From positions 13,275-77,274 of the forward strand of contig JAHFED010000010.1 in assembly GCA_023248635.1 (NCBI GenBank): a DNA stretch of 64,000 nt. The letters are read 5' to 3'. The DNA is from Myxococcales bacterium. GTDB taxonomy: Bacteria > Myxococcota > UBA727 > VGSZ01. Positions 1 to 8,864 of this stretch are shown here, piece after piece. How positions within the stretch are numbered: the stretch's first letter is position 1; each line of letters begins with the position of its first letter. Under the pieces are notes generated by a model. The model saw only the letters and a program-made list of their open reading frames with translations, was not told where the DNA came from and searched no databases. The translations under genes and the position numbers were made by a program.

Positions 1-2468
1 CGCGACAGCGCTGCCGTCGTCGACGCGGTGGGCTTTTCTTCCCAGACGTCGAGGATGCGGCGGAATTCGTCGTTGTCGGGGTCGTAGATGGTCGCCAGCT
101 TGGCGTTCATGCGGGCGGCGCCGATGCGCCCAATGGCGTGGTCTTTTTGGGCCTGCTCGAACAGGTTGCGCGCCTTGCGTCTCATGTCCTCGGTGGGTGG
201 ACGACGGGGCTTGGCGGGACCCTCGGAGGCGGACGGTGCTGCCACCGCTGCCGATGCCGAGACCTCGGAGGGCGCCCGTCGACGGCGCGCACCTTCTTGG
301 CTCTTGGGCAGCGCGGGGAGGTTCATGGTGGCATCGGGATCGACCATGAAGTCGTCGTCGTCGATGGGGGCGATGGGCGGGGGCACGTTGGCGAGGGCCT
401 TGCGCTTGGCTGCCATCCCCAGGGGAAGGGCCTTGGCCGCCGGCCGAATCACCATCGCTGACTCGAGGCTCTCGGCCGAGCTGCCGTGAGAAAGGGGCAG
501 GTCGTTGGTGGCGTCGGCAGCGTCGTCGTCGTCGGCGGAGGGGGGGGCTGTGAGGTCGGCGCTGACCGCGGGGCGGGGGGCCGCAGCGGTGGCCACGGCG
601 GGCGGTGGTGGAGCGCTGCCGCCTGCGCCACCGAGCCGGACGTTGGTGTTGGGCTTCAGCGCCGGTGGGGGCGGCGGGCGAGGTCCACTGGGGGCCGGCG
701 GGGGCCCGCTCTTGCGCACAGGCATCGCCGGCGGCGACGCCACGGCCTCCGCCGCGAAGAGCTCGTGGGTCGAGACGTCGTCGTCGTCGTCGCTGGCGGC
801 GGGAGCTTCGTGTCCCTCGGTCTCGACGTCGAAGGAGCCCTCGTTGGGGAAGAGGTCATCGGCGTCGGCGCGCAGGGCGGCGGCGACTGCGGGGCGAGCA
901 CGCGGGGTCGAGTCCGGCCAGTCTTCGACCGGGAAGGACGTCGACGGCGGATCCGCCACGGGGCCGGGACGAAGCTCGGCGCGGCGGGGCGGCACCACTT
1001 GGACCATCGGAGCAGGCGGGGCGCGGAAGGCCGTGGGCTCGGCGGAGTCCACCCGCACCGCTGGCTTTTTCGCCGGGGCTTCGTCGGAGTCGAGCAGATC
1101 CGAGAGTGACGTCGAGAGCTCCTCCCGCGCTGCCACGTTGGTCTCAGGCAAGCCGGGAGTGGGCGGCTGCGCCGGCGCCGGCGGCCCCGATCCCCACACG
1201 CCCCCGCTCATGGCCGCCCTCTCCTCATCATCGAGGGAGACACCCAACTGGGACGCCGACGGGCCCGAGAGCGAGGGCAGGGCGGGAGGGGCGCTGCGTG
1301 CCAGCCGCCCCGCCGACGGCGACGGCGCTGGCAGCATCGGTCGCGGCTCCACACGGCTGTCGGCCAGGTCTCCCAGAACGGGAGCATCGAAGTCTTCGAG
1401 CTCGCTCAGGTTGGAGATGCTCGCGCGCAGAGCCACGTCGACCTCAGGGCGGGCCGCGGGCAGGCTGTCGTCGGAGATCGAGGGGACGTCGACCACGGCG
1501 GTGGCGAGGTTCGAGGGATCGCCGAAGTCGTCGAAGCCGTCGGAGGCGTCGACGTCCGCCACGCCGACGCGGGGTCCGGTGGTCCGTTTGGCATCACGCG
1601 GATTGTTGGTGGCGCCTTTCTGCGCCGAGGGTCGCGCCTGCTTGGACGATGACGATGCGCGCACCGGGGGAACATCGGCGGCGGCGCGGTCGTCGAAGCT
1701 GTCGACCTTGTCGAAGTCGACGGATCCCGCCGTCGGCATGCCCTCGCCAGACGATGAGAACACGCCGTCGCCGTCGTCGTCGTCGTCGGGGTCATCCAGG
1801 CGCGGCGCCTCGGCCCGCACCTGGGTCCGGAAGGCGTCGTCGATGGCCTGGTCCGCGGCGTCGCCAACCACAACGACGGCCCCGACCAGGGTCCCGCGCA
1901 TGCGTCGGGGTGGCGCTTTCTTGTTGGCCGCGCCGGGGGCGGTGTCGACGTCGAAGTCGGCGGCGTCGGCTAGGGCCCGCCCCACCACCTTGACCACGCC
2001 CTTGTCGGCGAGGTTGGCCAGCGCGGTCTTGACTTCGGCTTCGTCGAGACCTGCTTGGCGGCGGATGGTCTCGACCGGACGACGCCCGTCGATGAAGCGC
2101 AGCACGTGCTTCTCGAAGGGCGTCAAGCGCACCTGCTCGCTGGAGTCGATGCGACCGATGACGGCGTCAGGGGACATGACGGCCTGGCTGCGACCCGAGA
2201 CGTACAGGCGCGCGGCCTGCAGGTCCTTCTTCAGGTGAAAGCCCGAGTCGGAGGTCTCGAAGGACGACGAATCATCGCCGATGTTTCCAAGGATGACGGC
2301 ATCGGCGAGGTTGAAGACCGCGGGGTCGACGCCGCCCTGGCCGGGCCGCAGCTGGTGCTCCTCGTCGAGGATGTCGCCGCCGAGGAAGGCGGTGTCGAGG
2401 ATGAAATCGCAGCCTCGACAAATCACGGCGTTTTCTTCGACGGGCCGCCCGCATTTCGGGCAAATCAC
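1..2468 (-). CDS. Zn-ribbon domain protein, partial (C-terminus lies beyond the window start). N-terminal CxxC-x14-CxxC ribbon, a long acidic/Pro-rich low-complexity middle, and a C-terminal degenerate J-domain-like helix (YDPD in place of HPD).
   Basis: Reverse-strand frame with GC3-rich codons (gcc/gac/ctg/aag) open from a GTG at 2468 (MICPKCGRPVEENAVICRGCDF...) to position 1. It is absent from the ORF track because no stop lies inside the window. The 577-aa plus-strand ORF 505..2238 is its antisense shadow and has the A/S/G/R-rich composition typical of a wrong frame. Confidence 0.6.
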   Translation of the reverse strand, partial: MICPKCGRPVEENAVICRGCDFILDTAFLGGDILDEEHQLRPGQGGVDPAVFNLADAVILGNIGDDSSSFETSDSGFHLKKDLQAARLYVSGRSQAVMSPDAVIGRIDSSEQVRLTPFEKHVLRFIDGRRPVETIRRQAGLDEAEVKTALANLADKGVVKVVGRALADAADFDVDTAPGAANKKAPPRRMRGTLVGAVVVVGDAADQAIDDAFRTQVRAEAPRLDDPDDDDDGDGVFSSSGEGMPTAGSVDFDKVDSFDDRAAADVPPVRASSSSKQARPSAQKGATNNPRDAKRTTGPRVGVADVDASDGFDDFGDPSNLATAVVDVPSISDDSLPAARPEVDVALRASISNLSELEDFDAPVLGDLADSRVEPRPMLPAPSPSAGRLARSAPPALPSLSGPSASQLGVSLDDEERAAMSGGVWGSGPPAPAQPPTPGLPETNVAAREELSTSLSDLLDSDEAPAKKPAVRVDSAEPTAFRAPPAPMVQVVPPRRAELRPGPVADPPSTSFPVEDWPDSTPRARPAVAAALRADADDLFPNEGSFDVETEGHEAPAASDDDDDVSTHELFAAEAVASPPAMPVRKSGPPPAPSGPRPPPPPALKPNTNVRLGGAGGSAPPPPAVATAAAPRPAVSADLTAPPSADDDDAADATNDLPLSHGSSAESLESAMVIRPAAKALPLGMAAKRKALANVPPPIAPIDDDDFMVDPDATMNLPALPKSQEGARRRRAPSEVSASAAVAAPSASEGPAKPRRPPTEDMRRKARNLFEQAQKDHAIGRIGAARMNAKLATIYDPDNDEFRRILDVWEEKPTASTTAALS

Positions 2469-2561
2469 GCCGCACCTGGGCCGGCCGCATGCGACGACGA
2501 CGCCGCCCGGTCGCAGCGCGATCGACCAACGCGCTTGTCGGGCAAAAGACCGTGGGACAAC

Positions 2562-3095
2562 TCAGCCTCGGAACAAGATGAACTTCGACATGTCGACCCC
2601 GAGCTGTTTGTTCTCCTCGTCGACGTATTCATTGTGCTCGTCGGCGCGCGACTTGATGTAGTCGCTCCACACCTGGACCATCAGCGAGATGCTCTGAAAG
2701 TGCGTGCGCTCGAGCACATCCATGGCCTTGTTGTAGAGGCCAAGACCGTCGCCGGCGTGGTCGCGGAATTTCTCCTGGATCAACGGCCGCACCACCGCGA
2801 GGATCAGCAGGTGTTTGTGCAGGACGTCGCCGAGCTTGAAGCTCTGGCTCACACGCAGCTTGGCGAGGAATTTGAAGTAGGTCTTCTGGCTGTCGTCGTC
2901 GCCGGTGACGAGCAAATCGGTGTAGGCCTCGATGAGGTAGTCGAGGCTCTGCTTGAGGTCGTTGCGCGCCACGCGCCCGTAGGCCGGCAGGTCCTTGGGG
3001 ATGCGGGTCAAGAGCGCGGTAACGATCTGCGGGCGGTTGTTCTCGAGGAAATTGTAGAGCTCGATCACTGCTGCACCCCTCTGAAAGCCCGCCAC
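2562..3095 (-). CDS. Hypothetical cytoplasmic protein, 177 aa.
   Basis: Clean ORF with excellent GC3 codon bias and a balanced amino-acid composition (MAGFQRGAAVIELYNFLENNRPQIV...). I do not recognise a family. Confidence 0.6.
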   Translation of the reverse strand: MAGFQRGAAVIELYNFLENNRPQIVTALLTRIPKDLPAYGRVARNDLKQSLDYLIEAYTDLLVTGDDDSQKTYFKFLAKLRVSQSFKLGDVLHKHLLILAVVRPLIQEKFRDHAGDGLGLYNKAMDVLERTHFQSISLMVQVWSDYIKSRADEHNEYVDEENKQLGVDMSKFILFRG

Positions 3096-3274
3096 AGCAA
3101 GTCCGATTGCGCGTTCGGTACGACGACAGCGACTTCAACTGCTACCACTCTCGACGACGTCGCCGCAAACGTGCCATCTCCCGGCACAGACAGCCTTGAG
3201 CCGTGCCGACGGCCCGAAGCTGGAACTACTTCTCGCTCCCACGGCGCCGCGCCGATCCGCAGAGGGACCCGCAG

Positions 3275-3823
3275 GTGCAAGACGCTCCCGTGAAAGCCGT
3301 GCTCTCGCGCCGCGGAATCTTGAAGCTCGGTGGCGGGGTCGTCGCCGCCGTCGTCGTCGCCGCGGCCTTGGGCCTTCGTACCCTGTTCGCCGACCGCCCA
3401 CCCAGCAGCCAGCGCGCGGTGTTCGACGACGACGAAGCCCGCACACTCGTGTCGATCGCCGACGCTTATTTTCCGGTCGGCAACGTGTTTCGGATCAGCG
3501 CCCACGACGTCGACATCGTCGGGGCGATCGACGAGTACGCGTCACGACTCTTGCCCCGCGAGCGCCGAATGCTGCGGGTGTTGCTGCGCGCGGTCGAGCA
3601 GTGGCCGCGGCTGAGTCTGACGTCGACAGCGCGCTTCAGTGACCTCGACACCGCCCAGCGTCAGCGCGTGCTGCAGGCCTTCGAGAGATCGACGTTGTCC
3701 GAGCGCCGCTTGCTCGGCACCCTGCTGCGATCGCTGATCGGCATGCCGATGTTCAGCGATCCCCGCCTCCTCGCCGCCGTCGGCCACCGTCACGGCTGCG
3801 GCCTGCCCATCGTGGAGGGATAG
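3275..3823 (+). CDS. Tat-secreted small subunit of a GMC-type (gluconate 2-dehydrogenase-like) dehydrogenase.
   Basis: Twin-arginine motif SRRGILKLGG followed by a hydrophobic h-region (VVAAVVVAAALG). A GTG start sits behind an agaggg Shine-Dalgarno-like element; an alternative GTG lies at 3290. It is immediately followed (TAG then ATG) by the GMC oxidoreductase gene. Confidence 0.6.
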   Translation: MQDAPVKAVLSRRGILKLGGGVVAAVVVAAALGLRTLFADRPPSSQRAVFDDDEARTLVSIADAYFPVGNVFRISAHDVDIVGAIDEYASRLLPRERRMLRVLLRAVEQWPRLSLTSTARFSDLDTAQRQRVLQAFERSTLSERRLLGTLLRSLIGMPMFSDPRLLAAVGHRHGCGLPIVEG

Positions 3824-5368
3824 ATGCTGACGACGGGACCTCTTGCACCTTCCGTCGCCCACACCGAGGGGGTCACCGTCGCCGCGCCAGGCACTGTGTC
3901 GACGGAAGTGCTCGTCATTGGCACCGGGGCCGGGGGCGCGGTTGCTGGCACCGAGCTCGCCAAAGCTGGCAAGAGAGTCCTCTTCCTCGAGGCCGGCGGC
4001 GCCTACGATCGTCGCGACTTTCGCCGGCGCTCGTTGTCGTGGGCGACCACGCACATGTTCGCCGGACGGGGCGCTCAAACCGCCAACGGCGATCCGATGA
4101 TGGTGGTGACGTCGGGGCGGGTGGTGGGTGGTTCGACCGTCTTGAACTCGGGCATCTGCTTTCGACCGCCCCAAGCGCGCCTGCGCGAGTGGGCCGAGCT
4201 CAGCGGCAGCGACCTCTGGCAGCCGGTCAATTTCGACCCCCTCGTCGACGAAATCTGGACGCGCATCGGTGTTACCCCCACCCACGCCGGCATCGGCCGC
4301 CGCAACAACCAGCTCTTTCTCGACGGGCTGCGAAAGCTCGGCGTCGACGCCCACTGGATGGACCGAAACGCCCCAGGCTGCGTCGGCTGCGGCATCTGTC
4401 ACCTCGGTTGTCCGTCAGGGGGCAAGGCCAGCGTCGACAAATCGATCCTGCCCGAGGCCCTCAACCACGGCGCCACGATCCTCACCCGCGCGCGGGCTCA
4501 ATCGATCATCGTCGAAGGAGGGCGGGTCACGGGCGTCCACGCCGTCGTCGTCGACGAGGTCGATGAGAGGCCCACCGGCTCGCTGAAGATCAAGGCCGAC
4601 GTCGTCGTCGTCGCCGGATCGGCCTTGGGTTCGCCGCTCATTCTGCAGAACAGCGGCCTGGGTGGGACAGAGGTTGGCCGACACCTCTCCCTGCACCCCG
4701 GCTTCGGCGTGCTGGGCGAATTCGCCGAGCCCGTGGTGATGTGGGACGGCGTGCCGCAGGGGGCTTGGGCCGACTGTCCCGACGACGATCGGGCCCTGCT
4801 CGAGGTCGCCAATGTCGGACCCGGCGAGCTCTTCGCCATGTTCGGCCGCGCGGGCGATCTCTCGAGCGTGCAACGCCTCGCCCATTTCGCCATGGCGGGG
4901 GCGATGATCAGAGACACCGGCGAAGGCAGCGTGGTCATTGACGACGACGACACCGATCATTTGCGACCCCGCTTGCGGGTCAAGCTCTCGCCGCGCGATC
5001 TCCAGGCCATGCGGGCGGGGGGCAAGACGCTGGTGCGCGCCTACTTCGCCGCCGGGGCGACCCACGTGATCCCGGCCATCGTGGGAACGCGCTTTTGCGC
5101 GAGTGAGTCCGAAGCGTTGGCCGTCGTCGACGAGCTCACCGAGCCCAATCGTCTCTCGCAGGCCTACGCCAGCCATCCCCACGGCACCTGCCGCATGGGT
5201 CCCACAGAGGGGCCCAACAGGGGCGTCGTCGACGTCGCCGGCGCGGTCCATGGCACCGCGGGTCTGTACGTGATGGACGGGTCGGTCTTTCCGAGCACGC
5301 TGGGCATCAATCCCCAGGTGACGATCATGGCGACGGCGTTGGGCCTCGCGCGCCGCCTCCTGCACTGA
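3824..5368 (+). CDS. GMC-family FAD-dependent oxidoreductase (large subunit).
   Basis: N-terminal Rossmann motif VLVIGTGAGGAVAG...LFLEAGG, about 514 aa, with the conserved C-terminal GMC segment (HPHGTCRMG...). It is translationally coupled to the upstream Tat small-subunit gene. Confidence 0.85.
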   Translation: MLTTGPLAPSVAHTEGVTVAAPGTVSTEVLVIGTGAGGAVAGTELAKAGKRVLFLEAGGAYDRRDFRRRSLSWATTHMFAGRGAQTANGDPMMVVTSGRVVGGSTVLNSGICFRPPQARLREWAELSGSDLWQPVNFDPLVDEIWTRIGVTPTHAGIGRRNNQLFLDGLRKLGVDAHWMDRNAPGCVGCGICHLGCPSGGKASVDKSILPEALNHGATILTRARAQSIIVEGGRVTGVHAVVVDEVDERPTGSLKIKADVVVVAGSALGSPLILQNSGLGGTEVGRHLSLHPGFGVLGEFAEPVVMWDGVPQGAWADCPDDDRALLEVANVGPGELFAMFGRAGDLSSVQRLAHFAMAGAMIRDTGEGSVVIDDDDTDHLRPRLRVKLSPRDLQAMRAGGKTLVRAYFAAGATHVIPAIVGTRFCASESEALAVVDELTEPNRLSQAYASHPHGTCRMGPTEGPNRGVVDVAGAVHGTAGLYVMDGSVFPSTLGINPQVTIMATALGLARRLLH

Positions 5369-5448
5369 TCCGTTCGGGCATCGCGCCCGAGCGCAAGAGG
5401 CCTCGTTGCGCGGCGATGATCGGCTAAACCCGCCGCCCTGAGGTGTTC

Positions 5449-6879
5449 ATGCAGCGACCAACCAGGAAGACCGCGAAGGCCAGCGCGGAGCCTCGCCAGC
5501 GGGTCGCCCACAGGAGCCCATCGACGTCGATGAGCACCGCCAAGAAGAGGCCCGCAGCAGCCAGGGCAACACCGAAGGCTCAGCCTGCTGGGGGTGCAAA
5601 CAAGAGCGCCACAAAGAAGACGACGAAGACGACGAAGACGGCGAAGGCGACGAAAACCAAGGCGAAGAAGGCGACGAAGACGAAGGCGCCGAACCTCCGC
5701 GTGGCCCGCCTCCCCGTCGTCTGGCGTTTCAACACTGGCGTTCAAACCGTGGGCTTGTGGGTCGACGAGCTCGTGTGGGTGGCCAACGACGACGGCAACG
5801 TCTACGCCCTCGACCGCCACGGCGCCTTGGCCAAGCAGATGAAGCTGCCCCAGGGCTCCGCCAGCGTCATCGCCGACGAAGCTTGGAAATACGCGGGCTG
5901 CGAAGATGGCAAGGTCTACGACCTCACCGGTCGGGTCCCGCACGCGATGTACGACGTCGGCCGAGCGAACATCGGTTGGATCGAGGTCTACCGCGGCAAT
6001 CTCTGCGTGGCCGATCTGGCTGGAACCGTGGCGGTCTTCGACGTCGACGGCGACCAACGCTGGAAAAAGAAAGTCAAAGACGGCGGCGAAGGTTGGGTGC
6101 TGCGCGTCGACGGCACGGGCCTGTACCACGGCTGCGAGATCGGGCTGCGCAAGCTCTCGTGGGGGGGCGAGGTGCTGTGGCACAACCGCGGCGTCGACGA
6201 TGTGCGCTTCGCTGTCGACCACGGCGACGCCCTCGCGCTCACCGGTGGCTACGAGAGCGGGGGTGACACCACCCTCTACGTCGTCGAGAAGGCCAGCGGC
6301 AAGACCCGGCAATCGGTGTTGCTGACCAGCGACGGCCCCGGGTTTTGCCCCAACGGAGCCGAAGCGGTGGCCGTGGGCCGCGCCGCCGACGGAGCCACGC
6401 GGCTCTATGTCGCCTGCGGCAACTATCTCTTTGGCTACGACGAAGCGCTGGCGGTCTTGTGGGAGGCCAAGGTCGAAGCTGGACCCATCTGCAACATGCA
6501 GCTCGTCGACGAGACCCTCTTCTACGCCACCTCTGAAGGTGCGGTATGCGCCGTCGACGTCGGCGCGGTGGCCATCGCCCGGGCTTTGACGGGCAAGGTG
6601 AAAAAGGCGCGGGTGAGGCAAGCGCCCAAGGAGCAAGCAGAAGACGGCGGCCTCGAGATCGTCGGTGACGCCGGCGGCGGCGTCGTCGTCGAAGTGATCA
6701 AATTGGGGGGCAAGCTCAAGGTGCGTCCCCTCGGCGGCAAGTTCCGCTCGGACTGGTTTTGCCAGTTCCCCCGCGACCTGCGGGAAGAAGGGGCCCGCTT
6801 CGTCGTCGACGAATTGCGCGAAGCCGCTCAGGGTGGTTTCTACCGCACGCTAGGCGACATCCGTCGATTCCGGCCCTGA
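5449..6879 (+). CDS. PQQ-like beta-propeller repeat protein with a histone-H1-like Lys/Ala/Thr-rich N-terminal tail.
   Basis: About 90 N-terminal residues are KKAT/KTKA-type repeats (AKKATKTKAKKATKTKA). These are followed by repeated G-x-V/L-Y-A-x-D, WxxxG and LYVAxxxG beta-propeller blades. Confidence 0.7.
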   Translation: MQRPTRKTAKASAEPRQRVAHRSPSTSMSTAKKRPAAARATPKAQPAGGANKSATKKTTKTTKTAKATKTKAKKATKTKAPNLRVARLPVVWRFNTGVQTVGLWVDELVWVANDDGNVYALDRHGALAKQMKLPQGSASVIADEAWKYAGCEDGKVYDLTGRVPHAMYDVGRANIGWIEVYRGNLCVADLAGTVAVFDVDGDQRWKKKVKDGGEGWVLRVDGTGLYHGCEIGLRKLSWGGEVLWHNRGVDDVRFAVDHGDALALTGGYESGGDTTLYVVEKASGKTRQSVLLTSDGPGFCPNGAEAVAVGRAADGATRLYVACGNYLFGYDEALAVLWEAKVEAGPICNMQLVDETLFYATSEGAVCAVDVGAVAIARALTGKVKKARVRQAPKEQAEDGGLEIVGDAGGGVVVEVIKLGGKLKVRPLGGKFRSDWFCQFPRDLREEGARFVVDELREAAQGGFYRTLGDIRRFRP

Positions 6880-6890
6880 GCAAAAAAGCC

Positions 6891-8822
6891 TCAGCTCCGA
6901 CGACGACGGCGCAGCAGCCCCGCCAAGAGCGCGAAGGACACCAGGGCGCTGCTCGTGTTGCCGCTGGCACAGGTGGGCCCGCCGGTGGTCTCGAACTCGT
7001 CCTGGAAGGCTTCGCCGTTGCAGACCACCGCCGTGGAGTCGACCTCGCCGTCCTCGAGGATGCCGTTGCCGCCAGTCCCACCGCCGGCGCCGTCGTCGAG
7101 CCCCGACTCCACCACTTGTCCACCTGCGAGACAATCGTCGCCGGCTTCGATGGGTGTCAGCCGCAGCAGTGACGTCAAGCCGCTGCCGCCGGCGGAGCCG
7201 CTGGCGCCGGTGGGTCCCGGTGGCCCCGTTTCGCCCGCGGGTCCGGTGGCGCCGTCCTCGCCGTCATCGCCCGGCGCGCCGTCGTCGCCAGCAGGTCCGG
7301 TGGCGCCGTCGTCTCCGTCGACACCTGGGGCGCCGTCGGCGCCATCGACTCCTGGGGCGCCGTCGTCGCCGTCGACACCCGGGGCGCCGTCGTCTCCGTC
7401 GGCGCCGTTGGAGCCGTTGCTGCCGTTGGTGCCGTTGGAGCCGTTGCTGCCGTTGGTGCCGTTGGTGCCGTTGCTGCCGTTGGTGCCGTCGCAAACGAAG
7501 ACCGTGTCGTCGACCTCGTCGTCGTCGAGCAGGCCGTCGAAGGCCGTGCCGTCGCCGTCGCCGTCGTCGGCGCCGGTGTCGATGGCCTGTCCGCCGGCGG
7601 CGCAATTCGCACCTGGGCCTTCGGTTCGCACGCGTGCGGCAACGGGGGCGCTGATGCCCCCCAGCTCAAAGGAGCCGATGTCGCACCGCTCATCGGCGCG
7701 GAAGCGGCCTCGTTGATCCAGGTCGAAGGCCACGCCAGCGATGTCGTTGCAGCTCCCCGCGTCCACCGCCGGGCTGGCCCCGGGGAGGCGCAAGGTCTGG
7801 GTCGCTCCGCCGTTTTGCGCCAGAGCGCCGAGCTGGGGATCGATCCCCAAGACGTCGCTCGGCAGACCCAGAAAGACCCCCGTTGCCTCGATGAGGTTGA
7901 AGCCCAGGGACACCAGGTCGCGGCCGCCGCCGCCGTCGTCGGGCGTGTCGTTGGCGGCGATGGTGTTCTTCAGGCGAACGTCGGCGGGCCCGCGGCTGAA
8001 GATGCTGCCGCCGCTGACGGCGACGTTGGCGGAGAAGGTGGAGCTGTCGACGTCGGCGGCGTCGCAATTGATGGCTCCGCCCTCGTCGCCGCCGGTGTTT
8101 GCCGAGAAGGTGCTGTTCACCACGTGCAGGGGGGCGACGGTCAAGATCGCGCCGCCGTCAGCAGCGGCGTCGTTGCCGTCGAAGGTGCTGTCGCTCACGA
8201 CGGCAGCTGGCGCCCCGAGCAGAAAGAGGGCCCCACCGTCGTTCGCCGTGTTGTCGCTGAAGGTCGAGCGCACGACGGTCAGCGCGACGTTGGAGCCGCC
8301 GATGGCGCCGCCGTTGTGCGCGTCGTTGTCCTCGAACACGCTGTCAGCGATGACGGCGGTGCCGGAAAGGTTGATGGCGCCGCCGGTGCCACTGCCAGCG
8401 TCGTTGTTGGTGTTGTTGCGAAAAGCGCAGTCCGACACCGTCAGCGATGTCGATGAAATCAGCGCAGCGTCGAGAGCCAGCGAATCCTTCATCTGCAGGG
8501 CCCGAAACGACGTCGCTGGCCCCTGTGCCGACCAGATCGCGTTGGCCCCCTGGCCATCGAGGACGGTCAGCTCCCGGCCGGCGCCCACGACGTCGACGCT
8601 GGTGGTGCTGAGCAGAACGCTGGCGAGCGGGAAGGTGCCGGCAGGCAGCACGATGGTGTCGGTGTCGGGGGCCGCATTGGCGGCGGCGACGGCCTCGCGC
8701 AGCGACAGCACCGCATCATCGGCGACCTCGTCGCTCAGCGTCGTGACCGTGAAGGTCGCGGCCTGGGCCGCCGTGGGGACGACGACGGCAATGCAGACGG
8801 CTCTCAGGACATTGGCGTTCAT
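6891..8822 (-). CDS. Secreted surface protein: signal peptide, CSLREA-type motif, parallel beta-helix repeats, a collagen-like G-X-Y run and a MYXO-CTERM sorting tail.
   Basis: Signal peptide MNANVLRAVCIAVVVPTAAQA. LSLREAV motif near the N-terminus. Many GGA[IL]x / SxFxxN beta-helix repeats. About 34 consecutive Gly-X-Y triplets (GTNGSNG...GAPGVDGDDGAPG...GPPGPTG). C-terminus TCASGNTSSALVSFALLAGLLRRRRRS (Cys, hydrophobic stretch, polybasic tract). Confidence 0.8.
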   Translation of the reverse strand: MNANVLRAVCIAVVVPTAAQAATFTVTTLSDEVADDAVLSLREAVAAANAAPDTDTIVLPAGTFPLASVLLSTTSVDVVGAGRELTVLDGQGANAIWSAQGPATSFRALQMKDSLALDAALISSTSLTVSDCAFRNNTNNDAGSGTGGAINLSGTAVIADSVFEDNDAHNGGAIGGSNVALTVVRSTFSDNTANDGGALFLLGAPAAVVSDSTFDGNDAAADGGAILTVAPLHVVNSTFSANTGGDEGGAINCDAADVDSSTFSANVAVSGGSIFSRGPADVRLKNTIAANDTPDDGGGGRDLVSLGFNLIEATGVFLGLPSDVLGIDPQLGALAQNGGATQTLRLPGASPAVDAGSCNDIAGVAFDLDQRGRFRADERCDIGSFELGGISAPVAARVRTEGPGANCAAGGQAIDTGADDGDGDGTAFDGLLDDDEVDDTVFVCDGTNGSNGTNGTNGSNGSNGTNGSNGSNGADGDDGAPGVDGDDGAPGVDGADGAPGVDGDDGATGPAGDDGAPGDDGEDGATGPAGETGPPGPTGASGSAGGSGLTSLLRLTPIEAGDDCLAGGQVVESGLDDGAGGGTGGNGILEDGEVDSTAVVCNGEAFQDEFETTGGPTCASGNTSSALVSFALLAGLLRRRRRS

Positions 8823-8864
8823 GGGCGCTCCAGACGAATCAAAGAACCAGGCGAGAGGCGACGA

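Noticed and set aside
505-2238. A 577-aa plus-strand ORF (and overlapping 605..1993, 462 aa) that looks like the largest gene in the first 2.5 kb.
   Set aside because: Its composition is A/S/G/R-dominated (SSSSAEGGAVRSALTAGRG...) and its codons are reverse complements of good gac/gcc/ctg codons on the minus strand. It is the antisense shadow of the real minus-strand Zn-ribbon gene (1..2468). Stop-free antisense frames are expected at about 70% GC.
2055-3293. A 412-aa plus-strand ORF overlapping the 2562..3095 region.
   Set aside because: The minus-strand 177-aa ORF has far better codon bias and composition. The plus ORF is the shadow frame, with an unusual V/D/E/L-rich low-complexity translation.
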